Shown one piece after another: positions 53,353 to 64,000 of a stretch of DNA of 64,000 nt. Under the pieces are notes generated by a model. The model saw nothing but the letters and a program-made list of their open reading frames with translations. It was not told the origin of the DNA and made no database searches. Origin of the DNA: Emiliania huxleyi CCMP1516 (taxonomy: Eukaryota); contig NW_005201349.1 in assembly GCF_000372725.1 (NCBI RefSeq), positions 140,323 to 204,322 on the forward strand, read 5' to 3'. Numbering within the stretch: position 1 is the first letter of the stretch; the number at the start of each line of letters is the position of its first letter. The translations under genes and the position numbers were made by a program.

Positions 53353-53461
53353 TATGAGTTCTTTTCTCTGTTTTAGTGCCAGTCCCGTGCCCGTGCGAGG
53401 GAGCGTGGGCGCCTCGCCCTTTTTCTCCTTCCAGAGACACCGCCAGCCGCCTCGCCGCCCG

Positions 53462-55129
53462 ATGAGCACGCAAGACGCGTCTTCATCGGGGACGCTGGAA
53501 GACGACCCGCCCTTCGCCGAGCCGCTCTTCGGTGACCAGCCGTACGCACTGGTCTCTTCAGCTCCCGCGCGTACACTTTCGAGACGCAGCTTTGCGCTGT
53601 CTTTTGGCCCGAGCGGCACTTTGTTGGGAGGGGTGCCCGGGTTGGTTGTGGAGTTCGATTCGGCTGGCCAGAGCAAGGTGGCGAGCGGAGTCGCGCCCGA
53701 AGATGGGGTCTTGTCCGACACCTTCGTCTCCATGGCGTCCTGTCCGGTCAACACGGCACGGCTCTACATGACGGACTGGGATGCTTCAAGCGTGATCATG
53801 ATCACGCTTCCGCAGGGTCAGGCCACGACCATCGCGGGGAGCGGCGCGGCGAGCAGCATCGATGGCGTGGGGTTGGATGCCACCTTCAATCGACCGTGCG
53901 CTCTGGCAGTTACCGCGGACGGCGCAGCGCTATTCGTGGCCGACTGCCTTGGGCATCGCATCCGCCGCGTCGAGGTGGCGACGGGCGCGGTGACCACGGT
54001 CGCCGGCAGCGGCACCGCGGGCCGCGCCAATGGCGCGGGCAACGAGGCGCAGTTCTATCACCCGGCCGCCCTCGCGCTTGCCCCAAATGGCGACACCCTC
54101 TTCGTGGCCGACTGCACCGGGCACGTCATCCGGCGGGTGAACGTGGCATCGGGCGTCGTGACGACGTTGGCCGGCAGTGGGGCAAAGGGAAGCGCAGATG
54201 GCCCAGGGCCGTCGGCGACGTTCAGCAGGCCACAGGGTCTCGCCCTCAGCCCCGATGGCGCCGCTCTCTTCGTCGCGGATCACGGCAATCACAAGATCAG
54301 GCTTGTGGATGTGTCCTCCGCAGTCGTTACCACAGTGGCGGGGAGCGGCGAGAAGGGCAGCGCCGACGGTGTGGGGGGGTGCGCGCAGCTGGAGGCGCCG
54401 CGTGCGATTGCACTCTCCCCGCAGGGCAGCACGTTGGCGGTGTGTTGCGTCGCAGACCCCTCCCGCATCCGCTTCGTCCACGTGGCTGCGCCTCCTCCGC
54501 CTCCCTCCTTCGCGCCGCTCGTGGTGCCGCCCTCGACCTTTTCGGCCGACATGAAGAAGACGTGGGGCGACGCCTCCCTCCCGCAGGGCATGGTCACCTT
54601 CCTGGTCGGCGACGACGAGGAGCGCGTCGAGCACGTGAGCAAGTGCGTCCTCTGCGCCCGGTCCGTTGTCTTTCGGACCATGTTCGGCATCGGCATGAAG
54701 GAGCGCGACGCCGCCGAGGTCACGGTGTCCGACACCAACCTCGCCAGCTTCACCGCCTTCATCGAGTACCTCTGCGCCGACGAGCTCAACCTCGGGGAGG
54801 GCGAGCAGGCGCGGCGCGCGCTCGAACTGCGGGAGCTGGCGCAGATGTACCAAGTGCCGCGCCTCGAGCTGCTCTGCGCGCAGGCGCTGCAGGAGAGCGT
54901 CGGGCCGGCGACCGCCGTGCCGCTGCTCGAGGCGGCGCACATGACGGGCGACGGGCGTCTCCTCGCGCAGTGCCGCCGCTACGTGGCGGACCACGCCGCC
55001 GAGGTGCGGGCGAGCGGCGGCGTGGAGCAGCTGAGCGACCTCGGCGTGGCAAAGGGGCTGCTCGGCGACGCGCTCGACCAGGTGTCGGAGCTGCAGGGCG
55101 CGATGCGCGCGCTTGGCGCGGTCCGGTGA
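53462..55129 (+). CDS. NHL-repeat + BTB/POZ domain protein
   Basis: Repeats of F..P..LA...DG..LFVAD..H.IRRV....G.VTT.AGSG. BTB motifs VTFLVG...LCARSVVFRTMF...FIEYL. Confidence 0.9.
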   Translation: MSTQDASSSGTLEDDPPFAEPLFGDQPYALVSSAPARTLSRRSFALSFGPSGTLLGGVPGLVVEFDSAGQSKVASGVAPEDGVLSDTFVSMASCPVNTARLYMTDWDASSVIMITLPQGQATTIAGSGAASSIDGVGLDATFNRPCALAVTADGAALFVADCLGHRIRRVEVATGAVTTVAGSGTAGRANGAGNEAQFYHPAALALAPNGDTLFVADCTGHVIRRVNVASGVVTTLAGSGAKGSADGPGPSATFSRPQGLALSPDGAALFVADHGNHKIRLVDVSSAVVTTVAGSGEKGSADGVGGCAQLEAPRAIALSPQGSTLAVCCVADPSRIRFVHVAAPPPPPSFAPLVVPPSTFSADMKKTWGDASLPQGMVTFLVGDDEERVEHVSKCVLCARSVVFRTMFGIGMKERDAAEVTVSDTNLASFTAFIEYLCADELNLGEGEQARRALELRELAQMYQVPRLELLCAQALQESVGPATAVPLLEAAHMTGDGRLLAQCRRYVADHAAEVRASGGVEQLSDLGVAKGLLGDALDQVSELQGAMRALGAVR

Positions 55130-56312
55130 GGGGGGAGGGGAGAGGGGCGGGGGGGGGGGGCGCTCTTTAGCCAGGCTATTGAGAACAGACGGAGAGATGG
55201 GTGCGTGCCCGTCCTGTCTGGTCTATCGAGATGCATGCAGCATGGCCATACCGCGATGGCGCGTCATGGTCGGCGTGCGCGCTTGTTCCAGCCGCGAGTA
55301 CTTTCGTGATACAAGAAAGAGGTCAGACACACACAGGTCGTCAACATCACACAGACTCGTGCGGGTCGAGGAGGCACTGACATCAAAACACGCGCGTGTG
55401 GTGTGCGGCCGGCGCGCGCGATTCCGCGAATAAGAAAGGCGGATAACAGCTTAGAGTCGCGGGTCCTCTTCACCTCACTGCAACGCCGGGTACATGGACA
55501 GGTATGGGTCAGAGAGACACCGGCGTCTCGAATAGACCGCTCTCGGCGGCGGTTTTGGAGCGCCCAGACACTCGCGGCTCCGCTAGGCTTTGTGTGAGCG
55601 GCGAGCGACGGTCGCCCGCCCCGAACCTGCGCGTCGCCTGCGCCGAGGGCGACCACTGGTGAGGGGGTGTGTGGGCGGGCCAGCGGGCGGGCGGATGGGC
55701 GGGCGGGCGGGGGGGAGGGAGGGAAGGGAGGGAGGGAGGGGCCAGGGAGGGGGCGGCGGGGGAGAGAGAAGGAGAGAAAGAGAAAGCGAGGGGGAGAACG
55801 AGAGCGTCCGGATGCGGAGGACGGGGGGTCGGCGATCGCGATTCCGTCGATCCGCCGCCGAATATGCTAGACACTCGGACGTGTGAGCAGCCACTCGGTA
55901 GGAGCCAGACGCGACGTGTGAGCAGAGCGGTGCAGTCGCGGTGGAAATTTGGGAGCCGAGTGAGCGCCGAGGAGGGTGAGGCGAGCGCGGGTGGTAGGAT
56001 TACGTCCCAGTCTATGCGCACACCGAAGTGCAATGCGAGGCTGCAGTGGCGTGCGGCGTGTGTCAGATGGCTCGGCCCGTCCTCCCTCGCCGGAGAGAGG
56101 GGGAGGAACGGCGTGGTCAGATGGCTCGGCGGGATTTTGTCCGAGTGTCTGGCGTCTCACGTCTCTCGCGAGGAAGGCGCACCGAGGCGCGACCGAGACG
56201 ATCCGACCGAGACGAGACGATCCGATACGAGACGATACGAGACGAGCGATCCTATACGATACGAGACCGGAGTTTTGGCTTTTTGTTTTTTCGCAAGGTG
56301 CTGCAACCGGCT

Positions 56313-57414
56313 CTACTTCTCGAGAATCGTTCGTAGTTGGCTCCCTAAAAGTGAGCATCTACCGGCTCACAGATCCGTGCCCTGAATGCGATCCTTGACC
56401 AGCAGCTGCGCGTCCGGCCCGAGCTGCGCCTCGACGACGGTCCTCGCCGCGTTGTGCATCAGCACGGCCTGCGCGGACACACGGCTGAAGCCTCCCCGGC
56501 CGTGCATGGCCTTGACCTTTCGGCCCGCCGAGTGGACCGGCCCCCACTGCAGGTCTGGGTCCAGCTTGTCCAGAATCAGACGGTCCATCTACGGGCGCGG
56601 GCAGGACAATGAGTGAGCTCTATGGGGTGAAGCTCACAACCGCCGCACCGCAGGCGGGCGCCTGGTCAGCCGTCTCCCACCTGACTGCGGGCGCGTAGCC
56701 TCGCGCGGTGCAGCCCAGGTACCAGCTTGAAAGCCGCTCAATCACTTCAGCAGCCTCTGTGTCGCCGTGTGCGCGTGCGTCGCTCGCCACGGCGAGCGAG
56801 AAGGCGCGGGCCGCGATGGGCACCGACTGCGGATGGAACCCCACGTTCATTGAGTTCGGATGCAGCAGCCTCGGCGGCACCTCCCGCAGGTCCCTCTTGG
56901 CCGCCTGGACCCTCTCCTCCTGCCGGTCGATGACGCGCGAGACGGCTCGGCCGACCCGCACAATCAGGCTGTCTGCGCTCGGCGCCGCAGCCCCAGCCCC
57001 CGCCCCTGCCTCCTCCCCCTCGCCCTCTGGTGGCTCCTCCGCAAGCAGCTGCGCCTCTGCGTCGGCTGCGCCGGCCAAGGGCGGCAGCTTGTCGGAGCGC
57101 AGCGGTTCGGAGACTGCGGCAACAGGGGCCGGTGGAGGCGCATTCGCACGCTGCGAGTTCCGATAAGCGATGCGGCACGAGGTCAGCCAGTTCTTGAGCG
57201 TGTGCGGCGGGTCCCAGAAGAGACTCAGCGGCATATGCACTGGCAGCGGTGCAGCCGCCGGCGTCAGGCGAATCCACTCTGGGTACGCGAACGCGGCCTC
57301 AAAATCGCGGTTCAGCATCGACTTATACTGATCGTGTATGAACTCTTGGTCGTCATCGGCGCCACCGACCGTGATATGCCCCGTCCCGCAGCCCTCACGC
57401 ATGTGAAAATGTGA
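56313..57414 (-). mobile_element. P-element/THAP9-like transposase fragment, copy 2
   Basis: Direct copy of 48029-49058 (offset 8284) extended by GHITVGGADDD, and it carries DPPHTLKN. Confidence 0.55.
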
Positions 57415-57545
57415 CTAGGTCCAGCCGCCCTGGGTGAGCGCCAGATCTGACGTCGTTTTGTATCGACCTCTACTGCTTACTACCCAGCCCTCGAGAGTGT
57501 ATCCTGGCTGTGTGGTCCTCCTAGAGAGTGGGCACTGCAAACTGA

Positions 57546-58796
57546 TCAGTCGTCGGAGAAATCGGTCGTCCACCGAGCGACTTCGCTTCCGGGCGCGCGC
57601 TTCTTCGCATCCCTGTCCGCTCCCGGCCCGAATGTCTTGCCCACGAGGCGCTTCGAGAGGCCGCGGGCCACGCACGGGAGGAGGCACGTGTTGGCGCAGA
57701 GCGAAAAGAGCTGCATGAACGGGAAGCAGATCCAGTCGCGGCAGCAGCGCAGCGCGGCGGCGGCCTTGATGTAGGGCCTCTCCGTCACCGCAACCACGAG
57801 CGTCTTGAGGAGCTTGGAAGGGTCGGAGATGATGGAGGTGATGTCGGAGATCATGATGGAGTCGTTGAGCGACAGCGTGAGCGGAGCGTCGAGCTCGAGC
57901 GTGCGCGGCCTCAGGACAAGGTACGGGTCGGTCCAGCACGCGCACTTGCCGCCCTTGACGCAGCAGCCGCCCGACTCGCAGCAAGCCGAAGGCGGCTTCT
58001 CCTTGCAGGAGGCGCACCAATCCGCGCAGCAGCCGAGGGAGCTGAATGGCACCTGGATCTCCGCGCCATCGGCAAAGTCGAGGGACAGGTTCGCCACGAG
58101 AGGGCAGGTGATGACGAACTGGTACCCCACTGTGATGGTCCCGAGGATCGGGACCTTCTGCGTGATGGGCGTCGACTCAACAGCGATTGCGATGGACGTG
58201 CCCGCCTCCACGACGATGCTGTCGATCTGCTCGTTCCCGGGGACCGGGATAGGCAGGTCCCCCTTGAACGTGTAATCGAAGGTGCCGCCTTGCGTGATCA
58301 GCTCGATGAGCTTCTGGATGAGGTCCGCCAGGACGGGCGGCGACTCCGCCTCGGCCTTCTCTACCGCGGCCTTGATCTTGGCCTCCTCCACCTCGGTGCG
58401 CACGCCCGACTTGAACCGCATCTGCTTGACCTTGGCGCCGGGTCCGAAGGCCTCCTTGACCACCGGAACGAGGCCGTCGGCCAGCGGAGCCGCGGCGGCG
58501 GTGACCACCGGCTGCATCTCGAGGTCATTCTCGGGAACCTTGACGAGCTCCGCGCGCACCTTTTCAACCTCCTCCGCCTGGACCAAGCGGGGCACGACGC
58601 GGCGACGGGCCTCATCTCGGTGGGCGGCGGCGCTAGCCGAGCCATGCACGAGATTGGCCGCAAGTGCCAACGCCTCAGCCCCGACGTCGACATGACCGCC
58701 GGCGTGCTTCTCGCGCTGCCCGGCGACGAATGTCTTTGACGGCTTGGGGACGGCGGGAACTTTCACGGCCCCCTTCGTGGCCTTCTTCGGCGCCAT
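57546..58796 (-). CDS. Hypothetical protein (416 aa) with Cys-rich C-terminal segments
   Basis: Intact ORF with strong GC3 bias; no recognised domain. Confidence 0.65.
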   Translation of the reverse strand: MAPKKATKGAVKVPAVPKPSKTFVAGQREKHAGGHVDVGAEALALAANLVHGSASAAAHRDEARRRVVPRLVQAEEVEKVRAELVKVPENDLEMQPVVTAAAAPLADGLVPVVKEAFGPGAKVKQMRFKSGVRTEVEEAKIKAAVEKAEAESPPVLADLIQKLIELITQGGTFDYTFKGDLPIPVPGNEQIDSIVVEAGTSIAIAVESTPITQKVPILGTITVGYQFVITCPLVANLSLDFADGAEIQVPFSSLGCCADWCASCKEKPPSACCESGGCCVKGGKCACWTDPYLVLRPRTLELDAPLTLSLNDSIMISDITSIISDPSKLLKTLVVAVTERPYIKAAAALRCCRDWICFPFMQLFSLCANTCLLPCVARGLSKRLVGKTFGPGADRDAKKRAPGSEVARWTTDFSDD

Positions 58797-58940
58797 GATG
58801 CCGTGGTCGAAATGAGGCGGCAGACAGCGGGCACTTTTGAGTAAAATTCAAAAAGAATTCTAAAGAGGGAGAATCCGCGAGCGCCCCCCAAGGGAACTCT
58901 CTGGACTGGCTCGCGCTCGCCCTGCTGTGCCGAGCTGCAG

Positions 58941-59672
58941 ATGCCGGACCGCAGCAGCGGCAGCAGCAGCAGTAGCAACCGAGGGGAGGGCAACCGAGGC
59001 GAAGGCTGGTTCGCCGCCATCGACCGGGCGGTGGGTTGGTGTTTCCACGGAGGCCGGAGGCGGCGCAGCCAAAATGAGGCGCAGCCCGCATATGCGCAGG
59101 CCGTCGGTGCCGCCCTCGTCTCACCGCCTCTTTCGCGTCCGGCACAGGAGAGCGAGCGGCAGCGAGTGCGCACGCGATCGCAGCCGGCGCGCCGGCCTCG
59201 CACCGCCGAGCCGCTTCCCGCCGCGCCGCCGCCGCCGTTCTCATCGTGGTGGGCGGCGCTCGACCCAGCCGCGCTCGGCGGAGGCACGTCCCTCGCGCCG
59301 GACGAGGTGCGCGCGGCCGTGTGGCGCCTCCCCCTCGAGGAGTACAGCACCGCCGAAGAGCTGCGGGCGTGGCCCATCAAGCAGCTCGTGGCGGAGCTGC
59401 GGCTCGCCCGCGCTCGCGCGCCCCGCAGCCGGGTCGGCCTCGACGCGCAACCTCCGCTGGACAAGGAGGAGCTGGTGGAGGCGGTGCTGCTCGCGCGCGG
59501 CGGCGAGGCCGCCCACGCGTGCGCCATCTGCGTCGAGGACTTTGAGAGCGGAGATACGCTGCGTGTGCTGCGATGCGGCCACCGCTTCCACCTCGAGTGC
59601 GTCGACCGCTGGCTGCTGGACGCGGAGCGACAGTGCCTCTGCCCGATGTGCAAGGCGCCCCTCGCCAGCTGA
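58941..59672 (+). CDS. RING-H2 finger protein (putative E3 ubiquitin ligase)
   Basis: CAIC...LRCGHRFHLECVDRWL...CPMCK. Confidence 0.88.
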   Translation: MPDRSSGSSSSSNRGEGNRGEGWFAAIDRAVGWCFHGGRRRRSQNEAQPAYAQAVGAALVSPPLSRPAQESERQRVRTRSQPARRPRTAEPLPAAPPPPFSSWWAALDPAALGGGTSLAPDEVRAAVWRLPLEEYSTAEELRAWPIKQLVAELRLARARAPRSRVGLDAQPPLDKEELVEAVLLARGGEAAHACAICVEDFESGDTLRVLRCGHRFHLECVDRWLLDAERQCLCPMCKAPLAS

Positions 59673-60324
59673 GCCAGCGGGTCGGTCGCGGGGGCTTGAG
59701 CTCTCCCGCCGCCCCCGCGCCCCTTCGCGCCTATGTTGCGAAGCATATGCCGAGCCACGCGACAAAGCAGCAGCCCCTCCGAGGCCCACGGGGCAGTCGG
59801 TTGTGACGCCCCATGCCTGCCAGCCGCGACAAAGCCCGCACGCTCGCGCGGTTGGCGCCTTTCGGAGCACTTGGAGCACGTCGTTTTCCGTTTTCTACGT
59901 GTTGCTCCTATTGCAATACCGGAAAACGAAGGGTACGCGGTGTCTTTTCTCGCAGCTGCGAGACATGCTTTCTCGGAGCGGGGCATCCAAAACAACAGGG
60001 CGGAAGGGAGGGGTGACCATACGCGCAGCGCAGGAGGGGTGCCCCTAAGGGGGCACCAAGGTAGCTCAAAGGGGAGTGAACAAGACGCCGCACAGGCGAC
60101 GTGCACGCTCGCCGCCTGCGCTCGCCGCGTCGCTCTCTCCCTCCCCTTCTTTGCTTGAACCCACCACCATCCCCCCTGTCACCTCCGTGTGTGTGTGCCC
60201 AGCAGGCGTTTGACCAAAATCCAAATTTCCCTACTCCAGTTGAGGCTGCCCTCGGACCCGAAAACCGGAATTCTTTTCGAGAGGGGTACAATGTGTGTAA
60301 CCGAGCCGATAGACCTTCGCCGCA

Positions 60325-61503
60325 ATGGCCTCCCTCACGCCAGCTGTCGACCTGCTGTTGGGCGGCCTCTCGCTCTTTCACCTCTTCGTCGGCCTCACCT
60401 TTGTCATTCCTGCCGACCACATGCTCAAGAAGCCCGGCGTGCACCACCACCTCAAGGCGGCGCGAGCGCTGCAATGCCTGCCGCTTCGCACCTTACTCGT
60501 CGCCCTCGCGGCGCTCGCGCTGTACCTTTGTCACCTCGCCCACAACGGCTCCGGAAGCGCAGTCCGTGCCGCGGTCGCCTCCTACACCTGGCTCTGCGCC
60601 GTCTTCCTTCGGAGGCTTTCCGAGGTGGGCGTCTCGCTCGGAGAGGAGAAGGTGCTTCTGATTGAGCACGAGGCCCAGCGCGCCGACATCGCCGCGTTCC
60701 AGCCGCCGCCCGCTCGCGCCCTCGCCGCGCTGATGGCTCCGATCGAGGCGCTCATTCGGCCCGACATAACTGGGTTGGAGCACGTCACCGAGACGCCGTC
60801 GCTGTACGTCATGAATCACTCCCTCCTCGGCGTCGAGATGCCCTCCTTCATCCACGCGCTCTACTCGCGCAAGGGCGTCTTCCTGCGTGGCCTCGCCGAC
60901 CACATGCACTTCTCGCTCCCGCATGGCGAAGTGCTGCGCGCCCTCGGCGCTGTGGACGGGACGCGCGAGAATGTGGATGTGCTCATGGGCGCGCGGCAAA
61001 ACGTGCTCGTCTACCCGGGCGGCGCCCACGAGGTGCTAAAGCACTCTGCCACGCCAAAGTACTCCCTGCTCTGGAAGCAGCGGCTCGGCTTCGCTCGGAT
61101 GGCGATCAAACACGGCTACCCTCTCGTCCCGTGCGCCGCCGTCGGCACCGAGGACATGCTCTCCATCGTCGCGGACCTGCCGGTCGGCTTCGTCCGGAAG
61201 GAGCTGAGCCTTCCTCTCGCCGCGCCGCCCAGCCCCGCTCGCATCCAGAAGATCTACTTTTGGTTCGGAGAGCCAATCCCGACCGCGCAGTTCGGCGGCG
61301 ACTGGCAGAATGACGCATTCGCGATCGAGGTGCGCGACCGCACACGGGCCGCGGTGGAGAGCGGCATCGCCATCCTCCTCGAGAAGCAGGAGACCGACCC
61401 GGACCGCTTCTTGATGGAGCGGTTTGGAGCCAGGGTGCGCGAGGCGGCGGCGGCGGCGGCGGAGACGTTCGAGGGACTGCTCCGCAAGGCCAAAGAGGAA
61501 TGA
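60325..61503 (+). CDS. PlsC/DGAT2-like (TMEM68-type) acyltransferase with N-terminal membrane helices
   Basis: LYVMNHS, LRGLADH, VYPGGAHE and GFARMAIKHGYPLVP. Confidence 0.85.
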   Translation: MASLTPAVDLLLGGLSLFHLFVGLTFVIPADHMLKKPGVHHHLKAARALQCLPLRTLLVALAALALYLCHLAHNGSGSAVRAAVASYTWLCAVFLRRLSEVGVSLGEEKVLLIEHEAQRADIAAFQPPPARALAALMAPIEALIRPDITGLEHVTETPSLYVMNHSLLGVEMPSFIHALYSRKGVFLRGLADHMHFSLPHGEVLRALGAVDGTRENVDVLMGARQNVLVYPGGAHEVLKHSATPKYSLLWKQRLGFARMAIKHGYPLVPCAAVGTEDMLSIVADLPVGFVRKELSLPLAAPPSPARIQKIYFWFGEPIPTAQFGGDWQNDAFAIEVRDRTRAAVESGIAILLEKQETDPDRFLMERFGARVREAAAAAAETFEGLLRKAKEE

Positions 61504-61849
61504 CCTTTAACCCACAAGAGATCGCATCTCGTAGAGCGTGAGCGTGCCCGTGCAACCTCAGGGAGCCTGTGCGCAACCACAGATCGGTCTCGGCTCTTTA
61601 TGTGTATATCGTCCTTGTGTGAATACGACTCGCTCTCTATTTTTCGAAACGGGGCTGCGTGGAGCGCGTGCCCACCTCGTCTGTCGGCCCGCGCGTCGTC
61701 CGTCGAATCAGCAATCACCTCGATCTCTCCCCTCCGCGGGGCGCCATCTTCGTCCGTGGTCCGAGACCGATGCGATTTCACCGACCACGCAACCGACCAA
61801 CGGGGTGCTATCTTGACGTACAACCCCTCAACGTATCTCCGACGCGCAC

Positions 61850-63077
61850 CTAAGGCACCGCCACCGCCAGCCGCGGCACCAGCTCCAGAATGGTCGCAAA
61901 CGTCCCTGACGTCTTGAGCGGGTGGAGGAAGAGCGGCGCGAATGGCATCAACAGGAGAGTCCACGCGAGCGTGCACGCGGCCGACGATCGGTCGAAGGGC
62001 GGCGGCACGCCGAGCAGCCGCCGGAGGCGCTTCTCGGCGCTGACGGCGGGAGCCTGGGCGAGGAAGAAGGCGAGGCAGCGGCCGAAGCTCGCGCGCTGCG
62101 CCGGCTGCTGCAGGGCGAAGGCGTACTCGTGGAAGGCGCCGGAGAGGGCAAAGGCGATCGCGCCCGCGCCCCACCCCGGCACCCCTCGCTCCGTGAGCGG
62201 CCGAAAGACGGTGCGCCGGAAGAGGCCATGGATGAGGAGATTCCAACGGCGGCCCCAAAAGTCGGCGGCGGAGGTGCTCGCGAGGAGCGGGGCGCGCCAC
62301 ATCGTGCGCGGCACGAAGCCGCCGCACGCGAGCATCGTGCCAAAGGCGCCTAGGGTTGGGAGAGGGTTCGGGTGCGGGCTGGGGGCTCGAGCCAGGTTGG
62401 CACGAGCATGTGGCAGAGGCGCCGGTGAACAGGCGCAGGAAGAGGTAGATGGTCCACACCTCGCAGTACAGGCGGACGGCCTCGCGCAGTGCGGCCGGCG
62501 CTGGGTCGGCCGGCGGCGGCGAGAGCGCGGCGTGGGCGCTCGCGGTGAGAGCGAGCGCGGCGTACACTTGAAGCAGACTCGAGAGCTCCGTGCGCCAGAG
62601 GCCAGAGCTGGCTGACGCCACCGACTGCTCGACGACGTACTCGACGGGGCTCGCAAAGTGGACCGCAAAGGCGACGCGTCCCGAGCGGGAGAGGGCGGCC
62701 GGCGCCGTGCCGGCCAGCACGTCGCTCGCTTTCCACACGCCGATGAAGTTGAGCAGTGCAACGGCGGAGGCGGCGATGCCGTAGCGGAACGGGAGGAGGT
62801 ATGGGGCGCAGAGCGACGCCACGCACGCCGCACCCACAGCTGAGCGCGGCCACTCCCGCCACACGATCATGGAAAGGACCACGTTGGATATTGAGCCAAG
62901 CCCAAACGCGCACGCCACTTCCAGCCAGATGCCGGCGTTTGGCGGCAGCAAGGTGCTCGTGCTCATGTCGGAGCAGGCGACGATTGCGACGGCAATCGAG
63001 ACGAGCAACGTGGCGGCTCTGTTGAGTGAACCGTCGCCAGCTTCCGCGGTGATGCGTGCTGAATGATCGAGAGTCAT
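61850..63077 (-). CDS. Wax-synthase-like MBOAT membrane acyltransferase; GC-AG intron 62422-62350
   Basis: APLLASTSAADFWGRRWNLLIH and FALSGAFHEY. Start uncertain (62966 or 63077). Confidence 0.85.
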
Positions 63078-63828
63078 CGCCGACTGCGGGCTCACGACGA
63101 CGCTTCAGGCTCGCGTCGACGTTTCGGGCTCACCTCGAGCTTCAGGTCGACGCTTCGAGCTTCAGTTCGAGCTTCAGGCTCACGTCGACTGCTTCGGGCT
63201 GAGCCCGAATGCGGCGGCTTGCTTGCGGCGACGGTCGGGTGGGGATGCTCGATAAGCGCCTGCAGCACAGAGAAGATAGGGTTTTCATTTTCGAGCGAAG
63301 TTTCCGAGAATCGAGATGCGAATAGTAGGCAGGCACCCAAGGGTGGGCGACGGCTAGCACCACACTCCTAATCACACACAAACACTACTCCCCAACACGC
63401 GGCTAGCTAGCCAGGCCTGCCTGTGTTACACGATGGCGACGTTCTCAATTCTGTCTGCGTGCTTTTGCTGCCTCCCGCTTGGAGTCGGCAGTAAAGCAAG
63501 TGGGTGGAAGCGGGGGCGACAGGGACGGCGGCGGCGGCATCAGGGTCGGCGATGCCGAGGCACAGCTCGATCGGTCACACCGCCATCGCCGTCGGGGAGA
63601 GGGGGGACGACACTGCTTCGGCAGCGTGCACCTCGATCCTGTACCGTGTTTGTTATGACCCCCCCCAATGAACACACCAGTGAGGGAGGGCGAGACGATC
63701 GAGGGGTCCCGTACCATGCGGAATCGACCCTATCCGGTGCTCAAGTGCTCAAGGTGTGTGCCCATGTTTGTGCGTGGGGGGCGTTGCACGCCGCGGATCA
63801 GGCCGGGCGGCGGGGAGGAATCGGAAGG

Positions 63829-63942
63829 CGTGTCGAGGGGTGTCGAGGGGTGTCGAGGGGTGTCGAGGGTGTCGAGGGTGTCGAGGGTGTCGAGGGTGTC
63901 GAGCGGGTGTCGAGCGGGTGTCGAGTGTTGTCAAGAGGCGTC
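63829..63942. repeat. Tandem repeat (GTGTCGAGG[G])n, about 11 copies
   Basis: Directly visible 9-10 bp units. Confidence 0.9.
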
Positions 63943-64000
63943 TGAGGTATCGAGGTGTCCAAGGTGGCAGGTGGATGCAGTTGCAGCCCATCAACATACA

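Noticed and set aside
1..64000. rRNA, tRNA, prokaryotic operons or a viral insert
   Set aside because: No recognisable RNA genes or viral hallmark genes were seen, and spliceosomal-type introns indicate nuclear eukaryotic DNA. A covariance-model search was not possible.

Overview
GC-rich eukaryotic genomic DNA with short, often GC-AG introns, an assembly gap at 49059-49158 and RCC1, ankyrin and NHL-BTB genes. These traits suggest a haptophyte alga such as Emiliania/Gephyrocapsa; this is an inference, not a database match. The window holds about 20 protein-coding genes, a DD34E Tc1/IS630-type transposase gene, duplicated P-element-like transposase fragments, two retroelement 3' ends and a coding 570-bp tandem array. 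The most striking feature is a 9.4-kb block (8877-18307) carrying two divergent multi-domain enzyme genes. One is a 2OG-Fe(II) dioxygenase fused to an atypical SDR. The other is a ThDP-dependent decarboxylase fused to an AKR7-type reductase and a gamma-butyrobetaine-hydroxylase-like dioxygenase. The two genes share an inverted upstream motif. The block sits inside an RCC1-repeat gene, splitting one repeat, and is flanked by a 19-bp imperfect direct repeat, so it looks like an inserted metabolic cassette. Other highlights are an HMCES/SRAP protein with a UIM/SIM/VIM-like tail, many introns whose 5' end duplicates the start of the next exon, and a sulfotransferase cluster.
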